DNA of 64,000 nucleotides from an uncultured archaeon. Its GTDB lineage: Archaea > Thermoproteota > Bathyarchaeia > Bathyarchaeales > Bathycorpusculaceae. Numbering within the stretch: position 1 is the stretch's first letter; each line of letters begins with the position of its first letter. The notes under the pieces are model-generated. The model saw nothing but the letters and a program-made list of their open reading frames with translations. It was not told the DNA's origin and did not search any database. Below, one piece after another: positions 51,805-62,068 of this stretch. The stretch lies in NCBI GenBank assembly GCA_963810275.1, contig CAWENF010000019.1, forward strand, positions 155,433-219,432, given 5' to 3'. The position numbers and the translations under genes are program-made.

Positions 51805-52373
51805 TTGCTTTCACCTTAGGTTTAATTTGTGTCTGTTGCTTTTCAACCTTTAGGCTAAAAGCGTCTTAACGGGTTTTTTTTGGGAGGTTATCTTTCGTAA
51901 AGCAAAAAAGCTGACTAAGTGGACTGGGTTTTGGTGCGGCTTTTTGGCTACTTTGCTTTGACTTGCGGAGATAAGACTTGCCACGTTTGGCTTGGATTTG
52001 CTTAAGGACAAGGGGGCTTGTTAGCAGTACATACCGAATCCATAAACGGTGTAGCCCTCGAGATTATGTCTTCTTTTGTGTGTGGGTGTGTTGCCTTTTG
52101 CTCTCCACACCACACTCTGGGTTGTGTGTTTGGTTGCTTTTTTGTTTTGGGCTGTTATCCTGTTGCGGTTTTAGTGTGGGAAGTTGTCTTTGCCCACACT
52201 GCCTATGTTGAAAGTATGTTGAGATGTGTGGAAAAGAGTGTGGGAGTATGTTGGAAGCGCAATTTCCAGTGTCATGAAGGGCTGAGATGACTAGCCTTAA
52301 CGTGACGCCATGCTTGATGCTGGTATGCGTCGACGGGAGTTGTTTGAGGCAAATTGCTTGGGGCACGGTTCTT

Positions 52374-52685
52374 TTATTCTGCTGTTTTGGGAACTGGGTG
52401 GGTTTTTAAGCCGTAGTAGAGCGTGATTACTATCAGCGAAATAAAAACTACCTCGACTGCCACGATTATCAGAGTTGTGGTTTGTTGTTGCTGGATCTGT
52501 TCGGCGGTGGGAAGTGATAAGTTGTCTCCTGTTTGCATGCCTGAAGGGTTTTGAGGGATAATGTTGTTGTCCAAGCCATTTCCTGGTTGCACTATAAGGA
52601 TCACAATGGGTAAAATGATGGCGATAACCATAAACACAACTGCCGACGCAAAAAACACTTTGTGAACCAAAAACTCACCCATCAT
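52374..52685 (-). CDS. Hypothetical two-TM membrane protein
   Basis: Two hydrophobic helices flanking a Gln/Thr-rich loop. Confidence 0.6.
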   Translation of the reverse strand: MMGEFLVHKVFFASAVVFMVIAIILPIVILIVQPGNGLDNNIIPQNPSGMQTGDNLSLPTAEQIQQQQTTTLIIVAVEVVFISLIVITLYYGLKTHPVPKTAE

Positions 52686-52761
52686 ACACAGAGTTTATTG
52701 TGGTAATATATGTTACGTGCTGCCTGATGGCACCCACAAGCAGATGTTCGTGGTCAAATCT

Positions 52762-53627
52762 TTAGTTGTCGTTGCCTGCTAGAAAACTCAGCAGAGCCCC
52801 AACATCTTTTGGCTTCATAAAAAAGGCAGGGACTTTTTTGCGGTAGCCTCGGTAGGATTCTCCGAAGCGCTCAATCAACTCTTTTTCTTCCACGAAGTAA
52901 ACGTGGATATAGAAGCCGATGAGGAAAACCGCAAATGCAGCAAACGAGAGCAGAGTAAAAGTGAAGAGGGTGCCTCCCAAGCATATCAGGATTGCGCCTG
53001 TGTATGTAGGATGGCGAAGTACAGAGTAGATATTCGTTCTTCTGCACTTTGCTTTCATTTGGGAAGTAGAGGTAGAGGACAACCATGTAGTCTAATCCGA
53101 ATACCTGAAGTGCCCTTAGCGGACATCAACAAGCCCGTGGCCAGCAAAATTATTGCAAGGAGCTCTTTTATGATGAAGATAAATGTAGCTGCTGCTACAA
53201 AGAAGGCTTCCAGAGGAGTTGCCAAGATTTGCAGCGGAGAGATCGCCCAGAATGTTGGCGCCAGTATGTAGAAGGGGATGTACTGGTTGATGGCTACTGT
53301 TAATATCCATACTATGCCTCCGAAACCGAAAAGAAACACTTGTTGGTAAGCTCTGTTGCCATATTTTGCCTTTAGCTTTTCGCGTTGAAACCACATTTGC
53401 CATACTAGCAGCAATCCGGCAACTTCGACAACCAGCACGCCAAACAATGGAAACAGCGAAAGCAACACACCATCGGCGACTAAAACATCGGGCAGGGAAT
53501 CGAAGACAAAAAAGACGGCAAATGCCAACGCAGCCATGCAGACCATGTAGATTGGCAAAAGTGCGATTTTTTTGCCTGAAAGGGCGGGTAGTTTCTCTCT
53601 GAATTTTTCAATTCCTTTAACTGGCAA
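52762..53627 (-). CDS. Isoprenylcysteine/phospholipid methyltransferase (ICMT/PEMT) family membrane protein, two frameshifts
   Basis: Fragments join to give ...RALQVFGLDYMVVLYLYFPNES..., IYSVLRHPTY and EEKELIERFGESY..YRKKVP; shifts near 53115 and 53035. Confidence 0.8.
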
Positions 53628-53726
53628 GCATGTAAGCTCCGCATTGGTTTAGGCAGGGTTATGTTATAACAAATTATCGCTTCAAATGTGAAAGGTAAAC
53701 AAAGAAACTGGCTGAGTTGGAAGTTG

Positions 53727-53805
53727 TGGTGCGGTCGCCGGGATTTGAACCCGGGATCATTAGCTTGGAAGGCTAAAGTCCTAAACCAGACTAGACGACA
53801 ACCGC
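53727..53805 (-). tRNA. tRNA-Gly(TCC)
   Basis: Reverse complement GCGGTTGTCGTCTAGTCTGGTTTAGGACTTTAGCCTTCCAAGCTAATGATCCCGGGTTCAAATCCCGGCGACCGCACCA folds as a cloverleaf with anticodon TCC, encoded CCA and no intron. Confidence 0.96.
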
Positions 53806-53938
53806 GCAGATTAGTCCATATCTGCTGGGAAATTTAAGTCTATCTAGAAATCTGCAAAGATAATAATTTCTAACAAGAAAATTTGGTTAGGAATGGAATA
53901 ATATATCTTTATGTACCAACCATACCATTGTGGTTTGC

Positions 53939-54229
53939 ATGAGTTCGGATAAACCGCGAAAATCCCTCCAAAAAGTCGGCGTTGGTCGAATGAAAATCTT
54001 GACCAAAGACGCAAAACAAATGGTTAACGGACCCTACTACTGCCCCAAATGCCGCAAAGAGTTACTGCAGGTTTACTGCGACCCCAAAAACAAAAAAGCA
54101 TACGCGGTTTGCAAGTGCAGTTTAGAGTGGGAGCTGGCTTATGCTCCAGTTTTTCAGGGCGTTGACTACTATAACAAGTTCCGAGACGCATGGAAAAAGC
54201 AAAGTTACGGCATTATCAAGCAAAAGTAG
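53939..54229 (+). CDS. Elf1-like zinc-ribbon protein
   Basis: YCPKC...AYAVCKCSLE...VDYYNKFRD matches the Elf1 pattern CPxC...C..C...vD.Y.kf.D. Confidence 0.7.
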   Translation: MSSDKPRKSLQKVGVGRMKILTKDAKQMVNGPYYCPKCRKELLQVYCDPKNKKAYAVCKCSLEWELAYAPVFQGVDYYNKFRDAWKKQSYGIIKQK

Positions 54230-54320
54230 ATTTCTGGTCTGTCGGCTCAGCGTTCTCATAAAATAGATTTGGGGGAAGTTTTAAACATGAGACATTCTTC
54301 AACGTAATCTGAATGGATAT

Positions 54321-55406
54321 ATGAACCCGCCAAAACCAGGTCACTTAACATTCAAGCTTCTCTTAATTGCAGCTTTAAGTCTGCTTCTTATAGTTCCCGC
54401 TTTTTCATTCCACCCCGCAACTGCCCAAATCACCCAGACAAACTCGTATTACGAGAAGACCTTTGATTGGGACTACAACGGTAAGCACTGGACATGGAAC
54501 CTAAGCATTCCCCAAGTTCTCTATGACGCGTACAAATCTGTCCCCGTCTACAGCCGTACACACAATGGACCCAGCGGCTATGGGTTTTTAACCACCACGC
54601 AAGACAGCTACATCCGCAGCTTAGCCATAAAACTAAACGAAACCGCAAACAGCCAAGGTTATGGCTCCTACGACAAAGTCAGCTTCGCCCTAGCGTTTGT
54701 GCAGAGTTTGCAATACACGTCTGATAACGTGACTGAAGGCTACAACGAGTACCCCCGCTTCCCTATTGAAACATTGGTGGATGAAGGTGGCGACTGCGAA
54801 GACACTTCTGTGCTGTTTGCTAGTATAACTTTGGTCATGGGGTACGGGACGGTTTACATTAGTCCGCCTAATCACTACGCAGTAGGTATTTTGGGTAACG
54901 GATTGCAGGGTGCGTCGTGGACTTATCCGCAGGACTCCAACCAAACCTATTATTACTGTGAGACCACGGGCAGTGGATTCAAAATTGGGCAGCTACCTGA
55001 CGAGTTCAGGGGAGAAAGCGCCTATATTTATTCCATCGATGAAAACCGGCAATATGTGCCTACCGTGGTAGTCGTCCCGTCGCCAACGGATTTGCCTGTA
55101 ACTGGCTCAAGCACTCCGCCGCCTCCTGTCACTAATCCCGACGTTCAAGAGGCGAAGCCATTTTCCTTAAATCTGCTAATAGAAAACCCTTCGTTGTCGG
55201 TGACTGTTGTTTTTTTGATTGTGTTTTCCGTTTCGATGGCGATTTGGTCAGTGCGCAGAACAAAAAATCAGCCGATCCTGTCAGAAGAATCAAACCAGAT
55301 TTTTGAGTCCGATAGGGATAAATTTTGTATTTACTGTGGGGAAAACAACAAGGGTCATGCTGTTTATTGCGAGAAATGCGGTAAACAGATAGGTCAATCA
55401 AACTGA
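54321..55406 (+). CDS. Exported transglutaminase-like protein with C-terminal TM helix and zinc ribbon
   Basis: Signal peptide, FVQSLQY, PIETL, GDCEDTS, HYAVG and YCETT motifs; Pro/Thr linker, TM helix, FCIYCG...YCEKCG. Confidence 0.8.
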   Translation: MNPPKPGHLTFKLLLIAALSLLLIVPAFSFHPATAQITQTNSYYEKTFDWDYNGKHWTWNLSIPQVLYDAYKSVPVYSRTHNGPSGYGFLTTTQDSYIRSLAIKLNETANSQGYGSYDKVSFALAFVQSLQYTSDNVTEGYNEYPRFPIETLVDEGGDCEDTSVLFASITLVMGYGTVYISPPNHYAVGILGNGLQGASWTYPQDSNQTYYYCETTGSGFKIGQLPDEFRGESAYIYSIDENRQYVPTVVVVPSPTDLPVTGSSTPPPPVTNPDVQEAKPFSLNLLIENPSLSVTVVFLIVFSVSMAIWSVRRTKNQPILSEESNQIFESDRDKFCIYCGENNKGHAVYCEKCGKQIGQSN

Positions 55407-55675
55407 GATAGAAACTCCTTTGTAAATCTGTTAAAAGCTTTTTTGCCCAGATGTAGACTACGGCTTTGGTAGGATATGACTGGATTGTTTGTGTCTGAGT
55501 TTTCCCTATCGGTCTTAGGTTTCCTTCAATCGACTAAAACGCGGGGTTTGTAGCGGGAATTCGGCGTGATTTTTTAGTTAAGCGATAACGCTGAATTCAA
55601 CTTCTAGATTCTGTTGGATAGTCAGCGGTTGCTTTTTTCCAAAGCGATTACCCCTATTCATTAGAGTGTACGGGA

Positions 55676-56320
55676 TTATTCTGGTTTGTTATCCGTTAAG
55701 CGGCTTCGGCTCTGAGGTTTGCCCTTCATGCCCCGAATCTTATGGGGTGCCCTTCGTTGCCGCTCCAAATTTTTGATACGTGCATATAGCCTTGACGCTT
55801 TGGTATTCGAGGGTACTTTGCTACGTGGAGGACGCACGGGCACGGGTGTGAAGGGCTGGATGATTTCTTGTTTCTTCTTTTTAGATTTGCGGGGTAAGCT
55901 GCGGACTTTTTTGAAGGTCACGGTGCCTTCTTTGAAGTTTACGCCTTGTACTTCCCAGCCGGCGTTTAGCCACGCTTTGGCATGCTCGCTGGTTGATGTG
56001 TTGCTCCAGTAGAGGGGGTCGCGGTAAGCGGTTATGGGTAGATTTGTGCCGATTAAGCCGTCGATGCGGGCGAACTTCAGCGTAACGGAGTCGGTGAAGG
56101 ATGCTCGGAACTTGAGGTGGCTCTCCAGTCCAGCCCATTTGCTGAAGGTGCGGGGTGCGACGATTTTTCTTGCGCAATGCAGGCATAACATCGCCATAGG
56201 GTCGCCGGTCGCTACATCGGGGGTCATGCAGTCGCGGCAGAACATTTTCTTACAGCGTGTACACTGCTTCATATAGGTGGTGCGCATGACTCTGCCGCAT
56301 ATTCCGCATTCATCTTTCAC
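55676..56320 (-). CDS. Multi-Cys zinc finger fused to a DUF7662-like domain
   Basis: CGIC/CTRC/CRDC/CLHC, then SKWAGLESHL...LKFARIDGLIGTNLP...WSN...AWLNAGWEV...VTF, and a basic tail. Confidence 0.7.
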   Translation of the reverse strand: MKDECGICGRVMRTTYMKQCTRCKKMFCRDCMTPDVATGDPMAMLCLHCARKIVAPRTFSKWAGLESHLKFRASFTDSVTLKFARIDGLIGTNLPITAYRDPLYWSNTSTSEHAKAWLNAGWEVQGVNFKEGTVTFKKVRSLPRKSKKKKQEIIQPFTPVPVRPPRSKVPSNTKASRLYARIKNLERQRRAPHKIRGMKGKPQSRSRLTDNKPE

Positions 56321-56365
56321 TAAGATGCCTTCAATAAAGAAATAGAAAGGTAGAAGAGAAAAAGT

Positions 56366-57859
56366 TTAGCCTTTAACAACTGCTAATGGTACTAAACGTG
56401 CGACTTTGGTGGCTATCCCAATTTTGTCGCTGACATCGGCTACTACATCCACATTCTTGTATGCTAGGTCGGCTTCCTCCGCCAGTACCTGTGCGCTCGC
56501 TGCACGCACAGATATGCCGCGCTTTTCCAGAGCGGTTTTGATTTCTCCGCCCCAGAACTGTCGTTTCGCAGCTGCCCTGCTCATCATTCTGCCAGCGCCG
56601 TGTGCAGTTGATCCAAAAGTGAGCTCCATTGCTTTTTGTGTGCCCACCAGAACCCAACTGCTTGTACCCATGCTTCCCGGGATCAAAACAGGCTGGCCTT
56701 CACTTCTGTAATCTTCAGGAACTGCATCGTGCCCAGCTGGGAACGCCCTTGTGGCTCCTTTGCGGTGCACCCAAACCTTCTTTTGTACTCCGCCGCCGAC
56801 ATCGTGGGTCTCTACCTTGGCAATGTTGTGTGCCACATCATAGACAAGATTTAAGCCAAACTTTTCAGGGTCTTGACCGTACACCTGCTGGAAGCTTTGC
56901 CGTACCCAGTGCATGATAGCTTGACGGTTGCAAAATGCATAGTTGACGGCGCACGCCATGGCTTCATAGTAGTCTTTTGCTTCGGGGCTGCTGCCGGGGG
57001 CGCATGCGAGTTCACGATCTGGCAGGTTGATTTTGTACTTTTGTGTTGCATGCTCCATAACTCGGAGATAGTCGCTACAGACTTGGTGCCCGTAGCCTCG
57101 GCTGCCACAATGTATCATGACGGTAACTTGCCCTTCATGAGTTAACCCAAAGGCTTTGGCCGTTTTCTCGTTAAAGATTTTGTCGACTTTTTGGATTTCG
57201 AGGAAGTGGTTGCCGCTGCCCAATGTGCCCAACTGACTTAACCCACGCTTTTTGGCAGTGTTAGATACCTTGTCAGGGTTGGCGTTTGCCATTTGCCCGT
57301 ATTCTTCGCAGTGCTTTGCGTCTTCTGCCCAGCCCAAACCGCGGTCGATTAGCCAATGTACGCCTTCGACTGCGAGGGTTTCGAGGTCATGGTTGCTTAT
57401 GGTGAAGTCTTTTCTTCTGCTGCCCAACCCAGAGGGTACATTACGGAATATTGATTCTGTGAGTGAGGGGAGTTTTGGGCAAATGTCCTTGTCGGTTATG
57501 TCAGTTGAAAGTAGGCGGACGCCGCAGTTGATATCATAGCCGACCCCTCCGGGGCTAATCACACCTGTCTCGTAGTCGGTTGCTGCTACACCGCCGATTG
57601 GGAACCCGTAGCCCTCATGCCCGTCGGGAAGTGTGATTGCGTGCTTGTAGATACCTGGCAGATGGGCGACGTTGCTGCACTGCCACAAGGTGCGGTCAGT
57701 CTGCATCTTCTCCAGCAACGCCTGATTCGCAAAAATCATGCCTGGAACCTGCATTCCAGACTTATATTTGGGAATGCGCCACATGTAATCGTTAACTTTC
57801 TCAAGAGGAACCCGCTCAAGGTCGGCTCTGCTTGTGTTTTGACCCAAAACCATTTTCAC
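56366..57859 (-). CDS. rtcB: tRNA-splicing/RNA repair ligase RtcB
   Basis: PDGHEGYGFPIG, GYDINCG, GSGNHF, HCGSRG, HN, HRKGAT, PGSMG, HGAGR, EEA..AYK and VKG motifs. Confidence 0.97.
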   Translation of the reverse strand: MKMVLGQNTSRADLERVPLEKVNDYMWRIPKYKSGMQVPGMIFANQALLEKMQTDRTLWQCSNVAHLPGIYKHAITLPDGHEGYGFPIGGVAATDYETGVISPGGVGYDINCGVRLLSTDITDKDICPKLPSLTESIFRNVPSGLGSRRKDFTISNHDLETLAVEGVHWLIDRGLGWAEDAKHCEEYGQMANANPDKVSNTAKKRGLSQLGTLGSGNHFLEIQKVDKIFNEKTAKAFGLTHEGQVTVMIHCGSRGYGHQVCSDYLRVMEHATQKYKINLPDRELACAPGSSPEAKDYYEAMACAVNYAFCNRQAIMHWVRQSFQQVYGQDPEKFGLNLVYDVAHNIAKVETHDVGGGVQKKVWVHRKGATRAFPAGHDAVPEDYRSEGQPVLIPGSMGTSSWVLVGTQKAMELTFGSTAHGAGRMMSRAAAKRQFWGGEIKTALEKRGISVRAASAQVLAEEADLAYKNVDVVADVSDKIGIATKVARLVPLAVVKG

Positions 57860-57905
57860 CTGTACAGTAGAAAAAAGCCGTTGGGAAGTTATAAAATGTT
57901 TATGG

Positions 57906-58820
57906 CTACTGCTTGGATTGTTTAGCTTTGGCGTATTCGATGAATCCGAGTACGCAGTTTTCCAAGACGGTTTTTCTGTAGATTTGATGGCCGCGGATGT
58001 AGTCTTGGATTTTGTTCATGGTGGGATCTGCTTTGATTATGTCGTCTCGGATTTCCTCAAGCGAATTACCCGTTTTCACACCTTCCTCAGCTACGTCAGC
58101 CCACAACTGTAGTTGCGTTTTGTAGGCTTTGAGGCGGTTCACTGCGTCGTCTGCCACGCCGAAATGGCTAAAGTACAGCCACTTGGGCTCAAGCGCAATC
58201 AGCTTTTCAAGCGAAGCCAAAGCCGCCTCCAAGTGGAACGGCGGAGGAGTCGTCGGAACCACCACCCCGCATTCGGGCAAATACGTGCCTGCTGCGTCCC
58301 CGGGAAACACGCCCTGATTGAAGCTCTCACAGAAACTCAGGTTGTGCGACGCATGTCCAAGCGTCTCCGTGATTGAGAGGGTGCCCCCGTCTCCTAAATC
58401 GTAGGTTCCTTCGGTTTGCGCGATTAGGCGGCTTTGGGGAACGGGTTCGGGTTTGCCGAAGATTTCGCTGATGTAGCCTAGCACTTTCTGGCTGGAGGGC
58501 CACAGGCGATCGGGGTCAGCCATGTGCGGAGCGCCTCTGGGGTGCACTACTACTTTGGCGTTTGGCAAGCTCTTGAGTAGTGTGCCTGCGCCGCCTCCGT
58601 GGTCAAGGTGAATGTGCGTGACAAAAACGTGCTTAACTGCTTCCCGCTTGATGCCCAACTCGTCCAGCGCTGCGAGGAGGTTAGGGACGGAGTTTGTGGG
58701 TCCAGACTCGACTAAGGCGGGTTTTGGGCTTGCGATGATGTAGCTGCATATGAGTTGTTTGAAGCCGCCTGTGTTTAGTTCGACTTGATAGAGGTTTCTG
58801 CCTATTTTTTTGGTGTGCAT
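57906..58820 (-). CDS. MBL-fold metallo-hydrolase
   Basis: THIHLDHGGG, VHPRGAPH, GHASH, GDAAG and SHFG motifs. Confidence 0.9.
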   Translation of the reverse strand: MHTKKIGRNLYQVELNTGGFKQLICSYIIASPKPALVESGPTNSVPNLLAALDELGIKREAVKHVFVTHIHLDHGGGAGTLLKSLPNAKVVVHPRGAPHMADPDRLWPSSQKVLGYISEIFGKPEPVPQSRLIAQTEGTYDLGDGGTLSITETLGHASHNLSFCESFNQGVFPGDAAGTYLPECGVVVPTTPPPFHLEAALASLEKLIALEPKWLYFSHFGVADDAVNRLKAYKTQLQLWADVAEEGVKTGNSLEEIRDDIIKADPTMNKIQDYIRGHQIYRKTVLENCVLGFIEYAKAKQSKQ

Positions 58821-59115
58821 TTAGAACGCCTGATGTATGTTTCAAGGTTGGGCATAGAGCATAAACTTTTCCGAATAAAGTGCGTTTTTCTGTCTTTGCA
58901 TAAGTTTGGTAAGCATTCAAGCGTTGAAGATTATATGCCAAAGAAAAAAAGAGGGTTCTATTTCAAACCAACCTGTCTGCAAAGAAGTAGTGAAAAGGAA
59001 GGCACCCCCCTAAGAGGTGCTAAGAAAGTAACTAAAAAAGTAATTCATTAGAAAGCCGCCTAAACCAAAATATAATATTCTCATTCAAAATTTTTTGCAA
59101 CCAAGAGCGGGTTGG

Positions 59116-60165
59116 CTATGCTGTTTTGTTTAGGTTTGGCATAAACGCTGCCGCAATGGCGAGTATTGGTCCGACTATTAGCCCAGCCCAAGCAAACAAT
59201 GCCACAACCCCCAAAATCACTAGGTATATGCGTTTTTTTGCAGTGACTTCATGGCTGTTTTTTAAAGCTACTCTTAGTGTAAGGAACCCCAAAATCAACG
59301 GCGCCAATATAAAGATGCCTGTTAGTATGGCTTCCCAGTTTACGGGGACTACTGTGGCGTCCCAGATCAACTGGTAAGATGTGGACACAGCGGTTCCTAC
59401 AAAGGTTAAGCCAGCTATTGCTGCAAGCCACGCTGACACGTTTTTGAGGCTGCAGCTATTGCGTAAGTTCAAAGCAACAATCACGATGCCGATCGCTAAC
59501 GTTGCAATCATCGGCGCAAGTACCACTAGCAGGCTTTGTCCTTGCCACTGGTAGATACTGATTAGGCTATAGGGTATGAGTATCCAGTCCTGTATTGTGT
59601 AGGTTTCACGGTAGCCGATTGCTAAGCCGTAGTTGCCGCCTGCAGGCTCGTCGGATTCCTCAAAAACTGCCAAGTAGTATTGTCCAGGCGTTGGGTTATT
59701 TATTATGACTTCTGCTAGGTTTATGTAGGTGCCCGGCGAGAAGGGTTCAAAAGTTGGGGTGGCCTCAGTTTGCTTAACTAACTGCGCGTTTAGTCCTTGC
59801 GGTACCGTTATCTTCGCTGGAATATCGTCCGTTTCCGTGACATCTGGTCCTATCAAGACGAGTTTGGGGTTGAAGTCGGCGTCTTGATCTCTGGTAGACT
59901 TGTAGATTGATACTTTGATTGTTTCCTCAGAGTCGATTATTTTGAAGGTGTAGTATTGGGCGTCTCCGTCGCTGCTAAGCGACGAGTACAGCGCCCAAGA
60001 CTTTGTTGGGTCTGGTACGTAGGTGGCGGTTTGGATTGATTCGTTGCCTTGTGTGTCAAGGGGTGAGTGAGCGACAACTGTCGTGGCTGAAACAATGAAA
60101 AGTACCAAAAACAGTGCTGTGGAAAACACCTTGAAGTTTTTCAAGTTTTTTGCTTCCCCTTGCAT
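59116..60165 (-). CDS. Hypothetical exported-domain plus 5-TM membrane protein
   Basis: Signal peptide ending AH, a soluble beta domain (EPFSPGTY, GQYYLAV, GNYGLAIG) and C-terminal TM helices. Confidence 0.7.
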   Translation of the reverse strand: MQGEAKNLKNFKVFSTALFLVLFIVSATTVVAHSPLDTQGNESIQTATYVPDPTKSWALYSSLSSDGDAQYYTFKIIDSEETIKVSIYKSTRDQDADFNPKLVLIGPDVTETDDIPAKITVPQGLNAQLVKQTEATPTFEPFSPGTYINLAEVIINNPTPGQYYLAVFEESDEPAGGNYGLAIGYRETYTIQDWILIPYSLISIYQWQGQSLLVVLAPMIATLAIGIVIVALNLRNSCSLKNVSAWLAAIAGLTFVGTAVSTSYQLIWDATVVPVNWEAILTGIFILAPLILGFLTLRVALKNSHEVTAKKRIYLVILGVVALFAWAGLIVGPILAIAAAFMPNLNKTA

Positions 60166-60276
60166 TAAATGTTTTTATTTAGATAAATAAACTTCGTTCT
60201 TTCAAGAATTAACAGTCTAGGCGGAGCTTTTAAAGATAAATTTGCGAATAGTCAGCAAATTAACCTTAGATAAATT

Positions 60277-60355
60277 TGGCGGGCCCGCTGGGATTTGAAC
60301 CCAGGATTCCCGGCTCCGGAGGCCGATGCCTTAATCCGTGCTAGACTACGAGCCC
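60277..60355 (-). tRNA. tRNA-Arg(CCG)
   Basis: Reverse complement GGGCTCGTAGTCTAGCACGGATTAAGGCATCGGCCTCCGGAGCCGGGAATCCTGGGTTCAAATCCCAGCGGGCCCGCCA; anticodon CCG, encoded CCA, no intron. Confidence 0.96.
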
Positions 60356-60597
60356 TCCCCGCAGAGCGAATATGTACTTTCCAACTTTTCGGCTTGGGTA
60401 AAATAACGCAATCGTCTAATGCAAATGGCAGATATTCAGGAACAGGTTGAAAATCTTGCCAAAGTTTCTTTAGGCCCTAAACGAAACCCAAAGGCAAGAA
60501 CTTGAAAACAGACTCTGGGGCTCCAATACATAACTGCTTAATTTGCCAAAATTGGGAGAAGAAAAGTAAGTATAACAGGAACTATCCGTCATATTCA

Positions 60598-61125
60598 TCA
60601 GTCTTTGATAGTCCAATTTGCGATCATTTTGCCCGCGTTTGTGAGCCGAATCATTAGAATTCTGGTGTCGATTCTCTTGACAATTTTTCCGTGATGAAGC
60701 TTTTCCTTCTCAAAACCTCTCTGAGTAGTCACTAATCCTTTCGTTTCAAGCTCTTTAATATGGTGCCTTAGTTTTTGGGCACTCATATTCAACTCATTGC
60801 GAAGAATTCGGCTAGACGTTTTTCCATCATGCTGATTGATCCTTCTCAAAATGTTATTTTGAGTATCATGAAGATTTGCTAGCTCCAGGTACTTTGGGAA
60901 TGGGAAGTTCCACTACTTGATTTTCGAGTTGTGAACCTTCGGGAAGCTTTTTTTGATCAAGAACATAATATGCTTGTATGCTTGTGCGCCAATGAAAAAT
61001 GAAGCTGAACAGTCAGCTCCAGCCATAAGATTAGTTCCGCCCGTAATGTTTACATAAATTGTAGCGGTTTTTTCCCTTTCTGCAATTTTCATAATTGATC
61101 CAATTATGCTGTTCATATCAAATGG
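60598..61125 (-). pseudogene. 5'-truncated, frameshifted CARF + wHTH regulator (Csa3/DUF6293-like)
   Basis: PFDMNSII...IYVNITGGTNLMAGA (CARF motif) in 60913..61116; wHTH LRNELNMSAQKLRHHIKELETKGLV...IRLTNAGK in 60598..60849. Confidence 0.7.
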
Positions 61126-61660
61126 TTAGACAAATGATCGAGAAAATGGGAATCGAGCATTCGGGTGAAGTCCTCATAACAGATAACCCTGACGTTAAAA
61201 ATAATGCCTTCGTAAACTTATACACAAAAAAAATAACGATCTCAGAATCATGGGTTTCAAAATACGTTCATAGAACCGAGGCCCTTGCAACCATAGGTCA
61301 TGAGCTGGGTCACCTTAGAAGGCAAAAAAGGTTTATCGGGGAAATGATGGCTGTAATGGGTGGAACAGTAGGATTTGTGTTCCTTTTCAGTGTTGTTGCA
61401 ATAAGTTTTGGATTGCCAGTTATTCCAATCTTCGTACAAATAACAACTGTCACTCTAATGTTCCTGCTGCTAAGTCTTGTTCTTTGGCGTAATGAGTATG
61501 CAGCTGATTTGGAAGGCACCCGAGCTACAAGTCCAGAAGCAATGATTTCAGTGCTAGAAATAATACAAGGAAACAAAAAGAAAGCAAGCAAAAAGGACTA
61601 TGGGTCAGAAACCCGCCTACTCACTCAAGAATCGAAAGGCTGAAACGTTTGCTGAACTAG
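61122..61660 (+). pseudogene. M48/HtpX-family zinc protease, 5'-truncated with 3' indel
   Basis: NAF, HELGH and EYAAD motifs; the alternative frame ends PTHSRIERLKRLLN* at 61660. Confidence 0.7.
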
Positions 61661-61721
61661 CCCCAATGAACGCCCCTTTTTCTTTTTCTATTACTTTACT
61701 TTTTAGAAAACGGTTTAGAAG

Positions 61722-61976
61722 TTACTGGTGATTCGGCTTTTTAGGACTCTTTCGCATGAGAGTAGTGTTAGCTAATATCTGATTAACCCCTTCTTTCATA
61801 CGCTTGTTGTATTCCGCCCTTGCCTTCATCTCTTCGGAGTCGGAAAGTACTTTTCGACCGCAACTCTTGCACTCGAGAATATATTTGGAATAGTCTGTTG
61901 ATCTTTCAACTATTCGCCCCTCTTCATCACAATTAGGGCAAATAACTATGGTATTTTTCTTGTATGGTTGAAACAT
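61722..61976 (-). CDS. Small zinc-finger hypothetical protein
   Basis: CPNC...CKSC, 84 aa. Confidence 0.6.
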   Translation of the reverse strand: MFQPYKKNTIVICPNCDEEGRIVERSTDYSKYILECKSCGRKVLSDSEEMKARAEYNKRMKEGVNQILANTTLMRKSPKKPNHQ

Positions 61977-62068
61977 GCATCATTGCCTCAACGAGCATAG
62001 ATTTGGTTAAGTAAATTAATGAACTATTTATTAACTATTACTATTTAATACAACGCTGGGCTTAGGGA

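Noticed and set aside
51978-52366. ORFs 51978..52211, 52018..52290 and 52064..52366
   Set aside because: Overlapping low-complexity translations (Cys/Val/Phe- or Gln/His/Thr-rich) produced by the G/T skew; no motifs.
56366-57859. Intein in RtcB
   Set aside because: Length (497 aa) and continuous motifs match an intein-free enzyme.
53727-60355. Integrated element bounded by the two tRNAs
   Set aside because: Shared sequence is limited to the generic T-arm (GGGATTTGAACCC); there is no integrase, and the interval holds core genes such as rtcB.
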